Shown piece after piece: positions 54,585 to 56,067 of a stretch of 56,067 nucleotides of DNA (its first letter is position 1; each line of letters starts with the position of its first letter). Source of the stretch: Frankiales bacterium. GTDB taxonomy: Bacteria; Actinomycetota; Actinomycetes; Mycobacteriales; SCTD01. The position numbers were made by a program, and so were the translations under genes. The notes beneath the pieces are model-generated. The model was not told where the DNA came from. It saw nothing but the letters and a program-made list of their open reading frames with translations, and ran no database searches. The DNA lies in NCBI GenBank assembly GCA_025965935.1, contig JAOPVZ010000308.1, forward strand, positions 1-56,067. Direction: 5' to 3'.

Positions 54585-55223
54585 TCAGCCGACGCCGGCT
54601 TGGGCGCTGGCGTTGACGTGCACAGCTGAGCCGAACTCGCCGATCTCCTGATCGGTCCAGTGCAGCGATGCGGGAACCTGGATGTCGACGGCGTGACCGG
54701 CCGCGTCGGTGAAGAACAGCTGCGCGGTGCTGGGGTCGAAGTGAGAGACGATGCCCGTCGTGGCACCGACGCGGACGTGCGTACCTGATGTCGGGATGGA
54801 TAGGGACTTGGACAGCAGCATGACCACGAGCTTGCCGGCGAAGCTGTCCAGGCTCTGATCTGGGTCGCCCTTGGCGGCGATGGTCAGCGCGTAGCCATTG
54901 ACCCCCTGGATCTCCCAGCCGGACGGGACGGAGTCGACCGTGAAGCCTTCCGGCTGGGTGCCGGTGTACGCGACCAGCTGCGTCCTCGACCCCGCCGATT
55001 GCGTTGCTGCCTGTCCCGGGCGCGAAGTGCCGCCGCCGGTCTGCGTGATGACCAGGGTGCCGACGGCAGCCGCGGCCAACAGGACGCCCCGTGTGCCCAC
55101 TCGGCGCATGTTGCGGCGTGCGAGGGCGCGGCGACCCCGTGCGACATCCTGGTCGACGACGTACGCGGCTGGCTCGGCTCCGGGCCGACTGGCTTCGAGA
55201 AGACGGGTGTGAAGGTCGGTCAT
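54585..55223 (-). CDS. Single-pass membrane protein, putative anti-sigma factor
   Basis: ATGA overlap with the sigma-factor stop. It has a short cytoplasmic N-terminus, one TM segment (VLLAAAAVGTLVI) and an extracytoplasmic domain. Confidence 0.5.
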   Translation of the reverse strand: MTDLHTRLLEASRPGAEPAAYVVDQDVARGRRALARRNMRRVGTRGVLLAAAAVGTLVITQTGGGTSRPGQAATQSAGSRTQLVAYTGTQPEGFTVDSVPSGWEIQGVNGYALTIAAKGDPDQSLDSFAGKLVVMLLSKSLSIPTSGTHVRVGATTGIVSHFDPSTAQLFFTDAAGHAVDIQVPASLHWTDQEIGEFGSAVHVNASAQAGVG

Positions 55224-55741
55224 CGGGGGCTCCTGGAGATCATGGGGTTGGGGGTCAGGCGGGCTCGTAGGTGGTCGAGTCCGCGGGCGGTCTGGCTCTT
55301 GACGTTGCCCTCGCTACAGCCGAGGGCGCGTGCTGTTTCGGCGACGGAGAGCTCGTGCACGTGGCGGAACACGACCGCGGCCCGCATGCCGGCGGGCAGT
55401 TCGCCGAGCGCAGCGAGCAGCGTGTGAAGCTCCGGACCCTCATCGATGCTGACGTCGCTGGCATGTTCGGGGACATCGGCGTGTGATCTCTCGCGGCGCC
55501 AGTAGGGTCGTCGTCGTTCGTCGATGAGTGCGTTGGCCAGGATCCGTCGGGTGTAGCTGTCGGGTCCCTCCGCCGGCCGCACCCGCGGCCATGCCAGGTA
55601 GAGCCTGGTGAGGGCGGTCTGGACGAGGTCTTCGGCGAGGTGGGCGTCGCCGGCTGTCAGCAGGGTCGCAGTCCGCACTAGCGCGCTTCGCGACCTTACG
55701 ACGTAAGCGCGGAACTCGTCGTCTCGGCTGGCCCGGGTCAT
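55220..55741 (-). CDS. ECF RNA polymerase sigma factor, SigE family
   Basis: 173 aa from the ATG at 55741, with region 2 (AEDLVQTALTRLYLAW) and region 4 (LSVAETARALGCSEGNVKSQTARGL). Confidence 0.85.
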   Translation of the reverse strand: MTRASRDDEFRAYVVRSRSALVRTATLLTAGDAHLAEDLVQTALTRLYLAWPRVRPAEGPDSYTRRILANALIDERRRPYWRRERSHADVPEHASDVSIDEGPELHTLLAALGELPAGMRAAVVFRHVHELSVAETARALGCSEGNVKSQTARGLDHLRARLTPNPMISRSPR

Positions 55742-55885
55742 GGTCGCTCTGCGCTCATGTCTGTAGTACGGAATCGCACAGGGCTCAGGTTGCATCAGGT
55801 CGCATCGGACTTCAGCGCTGCCGCGCTGGTGACGATTGTCTGTGCCGGCCGTCTGAGGGGCGCCAACGTGGCAGTCGTGCAGCAC

Positions 55886-56067
55886 CTGTTCGGGCTCGGC
55901 CAGGCGGTCTACGGGCTCGAAGTCCTCGTCGACGTGCAGCACCGTGAGGCCTGCGAGTTCGGCGGTCGTCGCGATGAGTAGGCCCGGGACGGACGCGCGA
56001 AGAAGCGGCAGATCTTGCACCCTCGCGCGCCCGGATCGGTTGGAACTGATCGCGCTGACGCTCAGCG
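55886..56067 (-). pseudogene. Possible 3' remnant of a PIN-domain (VapC-like) gene, running off the window
   Basis: GLLIATTAELAGLTVLHVDEDFEPV resembles the VapC C-terminal block DLLIAATA...LVTxDxDF. The frame has no stop of its own before the sigma gene, and Gly replaces the expected Asp. Confidence 0.25.

Noticed and set aside
1-56067. CRISPR arrays, rRNA/tRNA genes, IS elements, integrases and prophage genes.
   Set aside because: I saw no regularly spaced repeats, cloverleaf-like or rRNA-like segments in the few intergenic gaps, and no transposase or integrase-like translations. The only tandem repeat is the 2 x 12-nt unit at 26268-26291.

Overview
This is a high-GC, gene-dense chromosomal segment that looks actinobacterial: it encodes an F420-type LLM oxidoreductase, a SigE-family ECF sigma factor, a class F sortase and a stand-alone ctaD. 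I found no rRNA, tRNA, CRISPR array, transposase or integrase. All calls come from reading the ORF-track translations and the DNA by eye, with no searches run, so family names are motif recognition. Many starts were re-picked using 4-nt start/stop overlaps or Shine-Dalgarno-like motifs. Left to right: a GH65 phosphorylase with beta-phosphoglucomutase (0.1-3.1 kb) and an F420-type oxidoreductase. Next come an Nramp-related transporter with two PRC-barrel proteins and several small conserved proteins (3-9 kb). A long minus-strand, translationally coupled ADP-heptose/glycosyltransferase/carbamoyltransferase cluster (about 9.6-20.6 kb) is bracketed by two paralogous atypical receiver-domain proteins and followed by a large polytopic membrane protein. 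Then ctaD, a GT2/GT4/amylo-alpha-1,6-glucosidase group, an MFS transporter and an SNF2 helicase (23-33 kb). From about 33 to 53 kb lies a signalling-rich stretch. It holds three PAS/GAF-GGDEF-EAL proteins, a divergent pair of ANTAR regulators (one fused to STAS), a class F sortase with a Cys-repeat surface protein, and two PLC/AcpA-type phosphoesterases. The most notable feature there is a KaiA-less kaiC-kaiB-kaiB operon whose last, translationally coupled gene is a PAS-GGDEF-EAL enzyme. The window ends with an FMN reductase, an ECF sigma/anti-sigma-like pair and a possible PIN-domain remnant. The Kai/c-di-GMP operon is my best candidate for an undescribed system. The heptose glycan cluster and the sortase F/Cys-repeat pair are secondary candidates.
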